A stretch of DNA of 64,000 nt from an uncultured bacterium. GTDB lineage: Bacteria > Patescibacteriota > Minisyncoccia > Phycocordibacterales > GWA1-40-21. Positions 40,971-51,248 of this stretch are shown piece after piece. The stretch is taken from assembly GCA_903832855.1 (NCBI GenBank), contig CAILDB010000014.1, positions 128,144-192,143 of the forward strand. Direction: 5' to 3'. Every line of letters begins with the position of its first letter. The first letter of the stretch is position 1. Below the pieces are notes generated by a model. That model was given only the letters and a program-made list of their open reading frames with translations. It ran no database searches and had not been told where the DNA came from. Position numbers and translations under genes: made by a program.

Positions 40971-41161
40971 AAAGAGCGAATTTTTCTGACTGGAAAAAAT
41001 GTATTGAGAAAGACATTGGAAGGCGTGGCTGACGCCGGACATAAGAAATTTTTAGCAAAAAATTTCTGCGTCTTTTCGAGATATATTTTTGTAAGGAGGA
41101 AAAATTCGCTCTTTTTATTATTTTCTGATATAATAACACCCTTAATAATTAACAAAATAAT

Positions 41162-41386
41162 ATGATAAAAATTTCATCGATTTCAATACTTGGATTTTTG
41201 GTAATGATTATTCCTTTCACAGGTTTTCCATATGGTTTTAAAATGTTTTTGTACATTGTTTTTGGTCTAGCAATCCTTGTTCTTTCTATTCTTATAAGAA
41301 GAGAACTTCACGAAGTCTTGAAAACTTTACATCCTGGCACCACTCCAAAGAACGACACATTTGTTGAAAGCGAACCGGAGAAATAA
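41162..41386 (+). CDS. Small two-TM protein
   Basis: 74 aa, PFTGFP motif. Confidence 0.7.
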   Translation: MIKISSISILGFLVMIIPFTGFPYGFKMFLYIVFGLAILVLSILIRRELHEVLKTLHPGTTPKNDTFVESEPEK

Positions 41387-41397
41387 TAAGAACAAAA

Positions 41398-42600
41398 ATG
41401 AGAATAAAAAAGAGAGCAATACTCAAAGGCGGATATGTTTATTTCATTGTTTTTTCCGCTCTGATTATTGCTCTTTTTTATTTCATAACTCCCATACTTT
41501 TTCCTTCATCTTTTGTAGTGGGCGATATTAAGTTGCAAGAAAAAAAGCCAGAAGTTCCAGAAGTAATTCATATCAAAACCCCTGCTCAAGTGCACGCAAT
41601 TTATATGACATCTTGTGCCGCATCAAGTTTAACTTTTAGACAAAAACTTGTGGAAATTGCATCAACCACAGAAATAAATTCTATTGTCATAGATGTGAAA
41701 GACTACACCGGGACGATCTCTTTTGATTCAGAAAATTCTTTGCTAAAAGGAAATGAGGGTCTTGGTTGCAAAGTTCCTGATTTAAAAGATTTGGTAAAAC
41801 AGCTTCATGAAAAAGGTATTTATGTCATAGCCAGAATTTCTTCTTTTCAGGATAGCTATCTTGTAAAGATTCATCCGGAACTTGCTGTAAAAAAGGCGAG
41901 CGATGGAAGTGTGTGGCAAGATTTCAAGGGTGTAAAATGGCTCGATGCGGGTTCCAAAGATGTCTGGGATTACCTCGTTGCTATCGGCAGAGAATCATAC
42001 GCACTCGGTTTTGATGAATTAAATTTTGACTACATACGATTTCCTTCAGACGGAAATATGAAAGATATTTATTTTCCTTACAGTAATAAGTTGGTTAAGC
42101 ACGAAGTGATGAGAAGTTTTTTCAAATATCTACGACAAAACCTCAACGATCTCAAGGTTCCACTTTCTGCCGATATGTTTGGAATGGTTACGACGACAAA
42201 TTTTGATTTAAATATCGGCCAGATGCTTGAAGATGCTTTGCCATATTTTGATTATATTAGCCCGATGGTTTATCCTTCACATTATCCAGCCACATGGAAT
42301 GGTTTTGCAAATCCTGCGGATCATCCTTACGAAGTCATCAAACTTTCAATGGAAGGTGCAATATTAAAAGTTGCCAACTTACAATCAGCGACCACGACGA
42401 GCACAAGCACTGATGATATCCAGGTAAAAATTTCTACAAAACAAATTCGCCCTTGGCTTCAGGATTTTAATCTTGGTGCAACTTACACGGCAGATATGGT
42501 AAGAGCTCAAATCCAAGCAACATATGATGTCGGCCTTGATTCTTGGATGCTTTGGAACGCAAGCAATAGATATACAAAATCCGCATTACTTCCAAAATAG
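41398..42600 (+). CDS. Putative glycoside hydrolase (DUF4015-like)
   Basis: IDVKD, FDYIRFP, PMVYPSHY, RPWLQDF. Confidence 0.75.
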   Translation: MRIKKRAILKGGYVYFIVFSALIIALFYFITPILFPSSFVVGDIKLQEKKPEVPEVIHIKTPAQVHAIYMTSCAASSLTFRQKLVEIASTTEINSIVIDVKDYTGTISFDSENSLLKGNEGLGCKVPDLKDLVKQLHEKGIYVIARISSFQDSYLVKIHPELAVKKASDGSVWQDFKGVKWLDAGSKDVWDYLVAIGRESYALGFDELNFDYIRFPSDGNMKDIYFPYSNKLVKHEVMRSFFKYLRQNLNDLKVPLSADMFGMVTTTNFDLNIGQMLEDALPYFDYISPMVYPSHYPATWNGFANPADHPYEVIKLSMEGAILKVANLQSATTTSTSTDDIQVKISTKQIRPWLQDFNLGATYTADMVRAQIQATYDVGLDSWMLWNASNRYTKSALLPK

Positions 42601-42622
42601 TTTGTGATATAATTATTTATAA

Positions 42623-44476
42623 ATGGACCCAGAAAAAGTAACATATTTTGCCGAGACCGACTCTAGAAATAAAAGAGTTAAATTTGGTATAAAAACAAAA
42701 GACAGAGCTCGTCATATGTATGTCATCGGAAAGACAGGTATGGGAAAGTCAACCTTGCTTGAAAATATGGCGATTCAAGATATTCAAAACGGTGAGGGCT
42801 TGGCATTTATTGATCCACACGGAAAGACAGCAGAACTCCTTCTCGAATATGTTCCGCCAGAAAGAATGAAAGATGTTTTGTATTTTGCACCTTTTGATCT
42901 TGAATATCCCGTTTCTTTTAATGTAATGGAAGATGTCGGTCCAGAAAAAAGACACTTGGTGGTGTCTGGACTTATGAGTACTTTCAAAAAGATTTGGGAG
43001 GATGCCTGGTCCGCGAGAATGGAATATATTTTGACCAATACTATTTTGGCACTTCTAGAATTTCCCGGTGCCACACTCCTCGGAGTAAATAGAATGCTTT
43101 CTGATAAGGAATTTAGAAAGACAGTTGTGGATAATATTAAAGATCCATCTGTTAAATCTTTTTGGGTAGATGAGTTTGCAAAATATACCGACAAATTTGC
43201 TGCCGAAGCCACACCGGCAATTCAAAACAAAGTTGGTCAATTTACATCAAATCCGCTCATTAGAAACATAGTTGGCCAAGAAAAATCTTCTTTTGATATT
43301 AGAAAAATAATGGATGAAAAAAAGATTTTAATAATAAACTTGTCAAAAGGAAGAGTGGGGGAGACGAATGCAATGCTTCTAGGAAGTATGCTTGTGACCA
43401 AAATTTATCTTGCAGCTATGTCTCGTGCTGATATTCAAGAAAAAGAACTGAAAAAATTGCCGAACTTTTATTTATATGTAGATGAATTTCAATCTTTTGC
43501 AAATGAATCTTTCGCAAACATTCTTTCCGAGGCCAGAAAATACAAACTCAACCTTACGATTACGCACCAATACATTGAGCAGATGCCGGAGGAAGTACGC
43601 GCCGCTGTTTTCGGTAACGTTGGAACAATGGTTACATTTAGAGTCGGTGCTTTTGATGCAGAAGTTCTCGAAAAAGAATTTGCTCCACAGTTTACCGCCG
43701 AGGATTTGGTGAACCTTGGAATTTTTCAAATTTATTTGAAGTTGATGATTGACGGTGCTTCCTCGACTCCTTTTTCTGGTGCGACACTTCCTCCATTTCC
43801 TGAACCCGTAATTTCATACAAAAGAGAAATAATAGAAGAGTCCAGAAAGCAGTTTGCTCACCCGCGCGCTGTGGTGGAGGATTTAATACAAAAGTGGTTT
43901 ACTTCAAATCATAAGACAGTGAGTCCTCCTACTCCTAAAACATTTTCACCTGTTCAGACCGTGAGTGCAGTTCCTGTAATTAAACCACAAGAAAAGATTG
44001 TTCCAAATGTAAATAATAATGTAAATGGAAATTTGAACAGGGATAGGAGACCTGAACAAAATCTGCCTAAAAAGGACTTTCAAAGACCATCACCACAGGT
44101 TCAAAAATCAGTACCTCAAGCTCCTCCCCCAATTGAAGATGGAGGTGACGAAGGCTTTTTGCCTTTGAAAGAAATGGTGAAAAATGTTACAGCTTCCTCT
44201 GTCAATTCCCCTCTGTCATCCTCGCGAATGCGTGGATCCAGTCCCTCTGTCCTTCCTTCTTCTCTGTCATCCCAGCGGAGGCTGGGATCCATCCCCTCTG
44301 TTTCTTCCGATCTAAAATCCGCTCTCGAAGCCGCCGTTGGAAAAATCCCAGATAATAATATGGCAAGGTCTGACCTTGCCATAGGTAAATCCCCAGTAAA
44401 AGAAATCCCCGAAAAAGAATTGAGGCAAATGTTGCATGTAGAAAAACCGAAAGAGCAAGATGGATTTCAAAAATAA
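42623..44476 (+). CDS. Second VirB4/TraD-like ATPase with disordered C-tail
   Basis: GKTGMGKST, IDPHG, YVDEFQ, SEARKY. Confidence 0.85.
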   Translation: MDPEKVTYFAETDSRNKRVKFGIKTKDRARHMYVIGKTGMGKSTLLENMAIQDIQNGEGLAFIDPHGKTAELLLEYVPPERMKDVLYFAPFDLEYPVSFNVMEDVGPEKRHLVVSGLMSTFKKIWEDAWSARMEYILTNTILALLEFPGATLLGVNRMLSDKEFRKTVVDNIKDPSVKSFWVDEFAKYTDKFAAEATPAIQNKVGQFTSNPLIRNIVGQEKSSFDIRKIMDEKKILIINLSKGRVGETNAMLLGSMLVTKIYLAAMSRADIQEKELKKLPNFYLYVDEFQSFANESFANILSEARKYKLNLTITHQYIEQMPEEVRAAVFGNVGTMVTFRVGAFDAEVLEKEFAPQFTAEDLVNLGIFQIYLKLMIDGASSTPFSGATLPPFPEPVISYKREIIEESRKQFAHPRAVVEDLIQKWFTSNHKTVSPPTPKTFSPVQTVSAVPVIKPQEKIVPNVNNNVNGNLNRDRRPEQNLPKKDFQRPSPQVQKSVPQAPPPIEDGGDEGFLPLKEMVKNVTASSVNSPLSSSRMRGSSPSVLPSSLSSQRRLGSIPSVSSDLKSALEAAVGKIPDNNMARSDLAIGKSPVKEIPEKELRQMLHVEKPKEQDGFQK

Positions 44477-45806
44477 AAAAATTACAGTAATGGGCCTTGG
44501 ACTTCTCGGCAGGGCACTCGGAGATATTTCTTATCTTGCACAAAAAGGTGCGGATATTATTGTTACAGATTTAAAAACAGAAAAAGAGCTCGCACCAAGC
44601 ATTAAGGCATTAAAAAAATACAAGAATATTAAATATCATCTCGGCGGACACTCGGTGGAGGATTTTAAAAATAGAGATATTGTTTTGCACGCACCAAACG
44701 CACCAAGAGATTCTATTTATTTAGAAACAGCGAGAAAAAATGGTGCTCTTGTTACACAGGGCACCGCACTTTTTGCATCTCTCACTCACGGAACTATCCT
44801 AGGAATTACTGGTACAAGAGGGAAGTCCACGACGACTCATTTGATTTATCATATTTTGAAAAAATACCTTAGGAGCAAAAAGCAAAAAGTTTTTCTTGGC
44901 GGAAATGTGAAAGGCGTCTCAACACTTGCGATGATAGATAAGGTGAAGAAGGGCGATATCGTAGTGATGGAACTTGATTCTTGGCAACTTGAAAGTTTTG
45001 GTAAACTTGGAATTAGTCCGAAGTATGCCGGGGTCACCACTTTTATGCCCGACCACCTCAATTATTATAAAGGAAATCTTGATGCGTACCTTGAAGACAA
45101 AGCACAAATATTTTTACACCAAAAAAGTTCTGATTTTCTGGTGCTTGGGGAAAGCGTGGCGGACATTATTATGAAAAAATATGGAGCAAAAATAAAAAGT
45201 GAAATAATAATTGCCAAGAAAGATGATGCAAAAAAATACAAAATAAAAATACCAGGAGAACATAATTTAGATAATATTTCTGTAGCGATAGAACTCTGCA
45301 AAAAACTCAAAATTCCAGAAAAAATAATCAAACTTGGAGTAGAAAGTTACCGTGGAATAGAAGGTCGCTTGGAATTTGTAAAAACCGTAAAAGGCGTCAA
45401 AATATACAATGATACCTGTGCCACGACCCCCGATGCCACTCTTATGGGCCTCCGGGCACTTTCCGAGGGTAAAAATGCCTCCGGAAGCCCCAAAATAGCC
45501 CTTATTATGGGTGGAGCAGACAAACAGATAGATATGAGCAGATTGACCAAATATGTCGCAAAATACGCAAAAACAGTCGTTCTTTTGCCAGGCACTGGGA
45601 GTGACAAAGTAAGAGAAATTTTGAGACAAAAAGTTGCCTATTTTTACGAAGCTAATACACTCAAATCTGCCGTTTTAGTAGCACAAAAACTTTCCAAAAA
45701 AGGTGATATAATTTTATTTAGCCCGGCTTTTGCATCTTTCGGAATGTTTGCAAACGAATTTGACCGCGGAGAAAAATTTCTGGAAATTGTAAAGAAATTA
45801 AAATAA
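44460..45806 (+). CDS. murD: UDP-MurNAc-L-Ala--D-Glu ligase
   Basis: GITGTRGKSTT, ELDSWQL, FSPAFASF. Confidence 0.92.
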   Translation: MDFKNKKITVMGLGLLGRALGDISYLAQKGADIIVTDLKTEKELAPSIKALKKYKNIKYHLGGHSVEDFKNRDIVLHAPNAPRDSIYLETARKNGALVTQGTALFASLTHGTILGITGTRGKSTTTHLIYHILKKYLRSKKQKVFLGGNVKGVSTLAMIDKVKKGDIVVMELDSWQLESFGKLGISPKYAGVTTFMPDHLNYYKGNLDAYLEDKAQIFLHQKSSDFLVLGESVADIIMKKYGAKIKSEIIIAKKDDAKKYKIKIPGEHNLDNISVAIELCKKLKIPEKIIKLGVESYRGIEGRLEFVKTVKGVKIYNDTCATTPDATLMGLRALSEGKNASGSPKIALIMGGADKQIDMSRLTKYVAKYAKTVVLLPGTGSDKVREILRQKVAYFYEANTLKSAVLVAQKLSKKGDIILFSPAFASFGMFANEFDRGEKFLEIVKKLK

Positions 45807-46571
45807 TGATTTTAACACTCTTAATTTTGCCCAAGACATTGCCCAAAACCAGTTTGGATACTTTCCAAAATTTTTCCAAATAATCATCAAATGATTCCAC
45901 GCCATTGAAATTTTTCTCTGATGAGAAAATCCTTGTGAGTGTCTGGTATAGGAGGTAGTAATTTCTTCTAAATTTTTCATTTTTCCAAATTTTCCTAATC
46001 TTAAAAACAAATCTAGATCCTCAACACAAGAAAGTTCGTTGTCATATCCGCCAACTTTTTCTATCATATCTTTTCTCATCATTACACTGGAGTGAGCGAT
46101 CTGATTATCTTTAAGTATTTTTTTTCTAATTTCCAAATCTTCTGTTTCAAAGTCGGTATCTTTTATGAAATTACCATTCTCATCTATAATTTTAATATTT
46201 GAACCAACCAAAATGTAATCGGGATTGTTTTTAAGAAAATCAAATTGTTTTTGAAGTTTATTTTTGTCAGTCCAGAAATCATCACTATCAAGCACTGCAA
46301 TATATTTTCCGCTAGTCATGGAGAGTGCTTTATTTCGATTTCCTGAAATTCCTAGAGCAGGGGAGTTTTTAAAATATTTTATTCTGTTATCTTTACTTAC
46401 AAAATTCTTAATGATTTTTTCCGTACCGTCTTGCGAATCATCATCACCAATCAAAAGTTCGAAGTCCGAGAAAGTTTGATTTAAAACACTTTGAATAGCT
46501 TTAGCGATGAAACCTGCCCTATTTCTAGTTATTGTGATTACGCTTATTTTTGGTTTTATATTTGTATCCAT
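45798..46571 (-). CDS. Glycosyltransferase family 2
   Basis: ISVITIT, DDDSQDGT, LDSDD. Confidence 0.9.
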   Translation of the reverse strand: MDTNIKPKISVITITRNRAGFIAKAIQSVLNQTFSDFELLIGDDDSQDGTEKIIKNFVSKDNRIKYFKNSPALGISGNRNKALSMTSGKYIAVLDSDDFWTDKNKLQKQFDFLKNNPDYILVGSNIKIIDENGNFIKDTDFETEDLEIRKKILKDNQIAHSSVMMRKDMIEKVGGYDNELSCVEDLDLFLRLGKFGKMKNLEEITTSYTRHSQGFSHQRKISMAWNHLMIIWKNFGKYPNWFWAMSWAKLRVLKSLF

Positions 46572-47422
46572 TCTTTTGGTATTAAATCTATTTGGTCAAC
46601 AGTTTTATTAGCGATCCACTGTCTTGGAACAATCACAATTTTATCATGATTTGGATTAAGCCATGCACCCCACCAAGAAAAAGTGGAATTTGCAAGAATA
46701 TGGTGTGAACACTTGCTCATTAAGATAATTTCTTCATAATCCGGAATGTTTGGGTTTGAAACAAAATATATAGGGCAAGTTAATCTTAAATTTTCTTTTG
46801 CCCAAACGATATCGTCGGAAAAAACAAAAACAGCTATTTTTGGTAAATACTTTGACATTAAAAGACTGACGGCTTTCTCATAGTAGGGAATTCCAAGTAG
46901 GCCATTGTATGCTGCCGAGTGAGGATTAGATACAAAATCACCTCTACGAATATGTAAAGATACTGGAATCTCGCCTTTTAACAAACAGTCAGACATCTGA
47001 GCCACTATTTTTTTTGACGAATCACAGTATGGATTTTTTAAAGACAAATCTTTACGGATAATGTCCTCATACTTCAAGAAATATTTTTGATTTGCCCAGT
47101 ATCCCTCAAAATAGGATAATTTTGAATTCATGAAAGAAGGGTAGTATGTATATTCATCTATTTTTTTTATTCTTCTATAAAGTTTTTTTAGGAATACTTT
47201 AAATTTTGAATTGTATTTCTTATATATTTCCTCAGATGAAAAACTTGCTTCAATATTGAATTTATCAAGTATAAGTTCTCTTTTTGCATCACGCTCTGGT
47301 TGGTTTTTATAATAAAAAGTATCTAAAAATAATAGCTCTTTGCGTTTCAAGGACAAAGCTCTTCCGAAGGCATATTGAAACATTTGATTACCAAGACCAG
47401 CCTTTATTTTAATTATTGTCAT
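46556..47422 (-). CDS. Alpha-1,2-fucosyltransferase family (GT11)
   Basis: GLGNQMFQYA, HIRRGD, NSTFSWW. Confidence 0.9.
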   Translation of the reverse strand: MTIIKIKAGLGNQMFQYAFGRALSLKRKELLFLDTFYYKNQPERDAKRELILDKFNIEASFSSEEIYKKYNSKFKVFLKKLYRRIKKIDEYTYYPSFMNSKLSYFEGYWANQKYFLKYEDIIRKDLSLKNPYCDSSKKIVAQMSDCLLKGEIPVSLHIRRGDFVSNPHSAAYNGLLGIPYYEKAVSLLMSKYLPKIAVFVFSDDIVWAKENLRLTCPIYFVSNPNIPDYEEIILMSKCSHHILANSTFSWWGAWLNPNHDKIVIVPRQWIANKTVDQIDLIPKEWIQI

Positions 47423-48182
47423 TTTTTTTAAAGAAAAATATTAAATTTTCATTATTTCTCAATATTTTTCTAGGGCTTTTATTGTTTCTGTTTAAAAAAT
47501 AGTCGCCACTACCTTTAATAAATATTGTTTTAAAACCACATTTGTTCGCAATTAAATTCATTTCCCAAGACGGAATAGGATTAATATGGTAACTAAAACA
47601 ATTAGGGGTGAACCATTTAAAATATCCTGTAAATAAAAACATAATTTTACTCTGTAAAGATAGGACATTTGGAGTCGTAATAATCATAACGCCATCATTT
47701 TTTAAGAGTTTTTTTGCATCCCTAAAGATTTTCCATGGATTTTCAATATGTTCAATAATTTCTTGACAAAGAACTATATCAAATATTTTATCTGGAAAGG
47801 GGATTGATGTATTTTGGTTTAAATCAAATTTAATATTTTTCGCATCGTTTGAAACAATCTCAATGTCTAGGTTATAAATGTCAAAATTAGCCGCTTCATA
47901 AATAGAGGAGACCTGGCTAATACCACCACCCATACTTAAAATTTTATTTCCGTTTATTATATTATTTTCTCTAAATTTTATAATCTCCACTATTATTGTC
48001 TCTAGTACACCGGGTGAAGCGTGGCAATATAGACAATCTACAAGATATTTAAATCCACAATATATAAAACTTCTCTCCTTATGTTGGAAAGTTTGTTTTA
48101 ATTTTGAAATTATTTCTAAATCCCTTGGTTTAATGACGACCAAATTTAGAAATCTCAAGATGTTTTTTATTTTTTCTTTCAT
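47409..48182 (-). CDS. Class I SAM-dependent methyltransferase
   Basis: FDIVLCQEIIEH, ITTPN. Confidence 0.8.
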   Translation of the reverse strand: MKEKIKNILRFLNLVVIKPRDLEIISKLKQTFQHKERSFIYCGFKYLVDCLYCHASPGVLETIIVEIIKFRENNIINGNKILSMGGGISQVSSIYEAANFDIYNLDIEIVSNDAKNIKFDLNQNTSIPFPDKIFDIVLCQEIIEHIENPWKIFRDAKKLLKNDGVMIITTPNVLSLQSKIMFLFTGYFKWFTPNCFSYHINPIPSWEMNLIANKCGFKTIFIKGSGDYFLNRNNKSPRKILRNNENLIFFFKKNDNN

Positions 48183-48895
48183 TTTTTATTAAACCAAAAA
48201 CATCCACATCCATATTTTTGATCATTTACTAATTTAGGATTTGCGTCTTCTATAAAATCTCCGTTATCTGTTATTAAAGAAAATTCTTTCAGCGTTAATT
48301 CTTTAAAATAATCGGCTATTTGTTCAAACGAATATATTCTGTGTGCATTAAATTCTATCTTTGGTTTTCCTACAGGTACGACAAATAAAAGCGAGCCTTC
48401 CTTTGAAAGGACTCTTTTAAGTTCTGAAATAGCTTTTAAATCGCCATCAGGATCAAACTTATCACCATATCTACCAAGTCCAATGTGTTCCACTGTATGC
48501 ATACAAGAAAGAGAGGCGATACTATTGTCTGAAAAATCAAGATTTGTGAGATCTGCGTGTCTGCTTGTGAGTCCTGAGAGTTTTAGATCTGCAGGTCTAT
48601 AATCATAAAAATCTACCGGTATAAATGCAGAAACAATTCCAGAAAAATACAGGCTTGAAGATATGTCTATATGTTTTGTTGGACTTATTTCCTTTAATTT
48701 TCTAGCAGCCCAAGAAGTGTGGTATATGTAATGAGCATCAAAATTTGTTTTGATTGTTTTATCTTTTATACAAGGATAAAAATCAGAAAATTTTACGGTG
48801 AATCTTTTATTATGAAATTTAAAAAATTTTAGATAATCCAAGATTATGAAAGGGAAGAAAAGTATTCTAATTATTTTCTTAATAATTCTTTTCAT
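48179..48895 (-). CDS. DUF268-like methyltransferase-fold protein
   Basis: HTVEHIGLGRYGD, FNAHRIY. Confidence 0.75.
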   Translation of the reverse strand: MKRIIKKIIRILFFPFIILDYLKFFKFHNKRFTVKFSDFYPCIKDKTIKTNFDAHYIYHTSWAARKLKEISPTKHIDISSSLYFSGIVSAFIPVDFYDYRPADLKLSGLTSRHADLTNLDFSDNSIASLSCMHTVEHIGLGRYGDKFDPDGDLKAISELKRVLSKEGSLLFVVPVGKPKIEFNAHRIYSFEQIADYFKELTLKEFSLITDNGDFIEDANPKLVNDQKYGCGCFWFNKK

Positions 48896-49541
48896 ATATA
48901 GTGTTTACATAAGTGTCTGCAACTTTTTTGTAACCCAGCTCTTGCATATATGGATCAAAAATATTATTTAGTTTTTTGCCTTCATCGTCTTTTCTATATT
49001 CCATTGTCTCCAAAATTATAAAATGAGGCCTAAATTTCTTCCAATCATTACTTTTTAATACTTCCATTTCATATCCTTCTGTATCAATAGACATTAAATC
49101 TATTTCCTTATCATTGGTATATTTTGAAAGTACTTCCTTTAATGGGGAAACCGGTATCCTAATTATTTTTGATACTTTGTGTCCGGCCCTTTTGAATTCC
49201 TCCATTGAATTCTTATCAAGAGTGCTAAGCGTACTCTCATGAAAAACGTAAAAATCCAGTTCAGATTTTTCCGGTCCAATACCTATGTTTAAATTTATAT
49301 CCTTATTTCTAAAAAGTTTAAAGAGCCACCTTTTAGAAGGGTTTGGCTCAATATTTATACCCTTCCATCCCTTATTGTGAAATAAAAAAGTATTGTTTAG
49401 TCTTATTGGATGATTTGCCCCTATATCTACATAAAATCCATCTTTTTTATAAGGTATCAGGGACTCTATTATCAAATCCTCACCCCCTTGGCTACTTATT
49501 AATCTTATTCCAAATAATTTGAATAATATTTTATTTAACAT
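48879..49541 (-). CDS. FkbM family methyltransferase
   Basis: VDIGANHP, IDTEGYE. Confidence 0.85.
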   Translation of the reverse strand: MLNKILFKLFGIRLISSQGGEDLIIESLIPYKKDGFYVDIGANHPIRLNNTFLFHNKGWKGINIEPNPSKRWLFKLFRNKDINLNIGIGPEKSELDFYVFHESTLSTLDKNSMEEFKRAGHKVSKIIRIPVSPLKEVLSKYTNDKEIDLMSIDTEGYEMEVLKSNDWKKFRPHFIILETMEYRKDDEGKKLNNIFDPYMQELGYKKVADTYVNTIYEKNY

Positions 49542-50481
49542 TCTGTTTAATTATATCAATTAACTTTTGGGCACAAATTTTGTCTGTCATATTGTTCATG
49601 ACCCATTCTCTTGGTTTAATATTTAAGTAAACATTATCATCTTTTAATATATTATCCAAGTCATTCAACTCTTTCCATTGCAGACCGTTTTCCTGATTTA
49701 AAAATGGGCAGGAGGATGTGCGTATTTTGTATTTAGGTTCAATTATTTCTGGATTCCACACTAGAGTAGGGACATCCATTGACCATGATTCAACCAGTGC
49801 CAAGCCCTGACTTTCTCCTTTACTTAGGAAAACTGATATTAAGGATTCTAATAATTTATCTTTAAATTCTTTCTCCTTATAATCCCCATATTTTATAGTT
49901 AAGGTTTGCCAACCATTTTCCTTCAGAATCCTTTTTACAGATAAATAAAAATTATTAGTATCATTCTTCTTATATATTAAAGCTATTTTTTCTTTTTTTA
50001 TAAAAATAGGTGACCAATATTTTTCATCAACTCCAGCTGGCCAGATATAAAGCTTATTTTTTAATTCAGGAACAGCAATGCTATAAAGTTCTTTTGTCCA
50101 TTCGCAATTTACTATAAAACCGTCTATTTCTTTTGAACTTAGTAAATCTTTTTCATTTCCTGGATTATTTATAATATTGGGTCCAGCAAATAGCTTTTCA
50201 ATTTTACCTTTTTGTTTCAGCTTGATTGCTGTTTCTAAGGCGCCAATATTGCTAAGAATTAATACTGTTTTATTTATGTCATCTATTTTTTTGGGATTAT
50301 AATTATAATTTATATGTAATTCATCTAGGCCAACAAGTAAACTTCTAGTAACAGCATAGTGCCCACCATATTTTAGGGAAAAACTTTTTCTTTGAATAAA
50401 TTTTTTGAACATCCGTAGACATCTTTTTATAAAAGACAATACGGGGTGTTTTGTTGAGTTTTCTGTAAAAATTGTGATCAT
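49531..50481 (-). CDS. Putative GT-B glycosyltransferase
   Basis: ESQGLALVESW resembles the GT4 EX7E motif. Confidence 0.65.
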   Translation of the reverse strand: MITIFTENSTKHPVLSFIKRCLRMFKKFIQRKSFSLKYGGHYAVTRSLLVGLDELHINYNYNPKKIDDINKTVLILSNIGALETAIKLKQKGKIEKLFAGPNIINNPGNEKDLLSSKEIDGFIVNCEWTKELYSIAVPELKNKLYIWPAGVDEKYWSPIFIKKEKIALIYKKNDTNNFYLSVKRILKENGWQTLTIKYGDYKEKEFKDKLLESLISVFLSKGESQGLALVESWSMDVPTLVWNPEIIEPKYKIRTSSCPFLNQENGLQWKELNDLDNILKDDNVYLNIKPREWVMNNMTDKICAQKLIDIIKQNVK

Positions 50482-51236
50482 TTTTTTATTGCTATAAAAT
50501 TTGTTACTGTCATTATCTCATAATAATGCCTGTATTTTTTGATGGGGTAGTATCCATGTTTAAGTATTCTACATATTTAATACTTTTTACCCAAAATATC
50601 AAAGAAATCTTTAAAAGTGTATTTCTCTTCTGATGGTGCACCAAATTCAAATTGAATCAGTTTTATATTATCATTTTCTATCATATTTTTAGAACCATTG
50701 AGAATTTTTAGTTCATATCCTTCAACATCGAGTTTGAGTAAGTCTATACTTTTTATATTGTGCTCAAGACAGTATTTGTCTAGGGTTATGATACTGATTT
50801 CCTCCGAGTATTGTGTTTTTGTATTTTTTATATCACCAATATACGCAGTACTGGACCCACTAACGCGAGAGAAAAGCATCTTTTTTTCTGTTCTATCCCC
50901 AAGAGCTAAATTTTCAGGATGAAATCCAGCTTCTTTTAGTAGAGATAATTCTAGGTAGGATTTTATTGATGGTTCAAATGAATAAACCATTGATTTTTTT
51001 GTGTAGAACTTTTTAAACAACCTGAACCATTCTCCAGTATGTGCACCGACATCAAAAATAATTGACATATTATCTGTTGATATTTTATCAAGTATTTTAA
51101 ATACCGATTTTTCTCCACTTGTCTCAACTGATTGCCCTTCTCCTATATTTAAAACCTTTAACGAAAAATTTAGTATACTTTCAAAAAAACTCTGAAATAC
51201 TGGTCTAGAAAAAAAATCTCTTATTATTGTTTTCAT
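50478..51236 (-). pseudogene. FkbM methyltransferase with in-frame premature TAA
   Basis: DVGAHTG, KLDVEGYE; frame continues past TAA (50577-50579) to an ATGA overlap with the next gene. Confidence 0.7.
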
Positions 51237-51248
51237 ATTATATAAACT

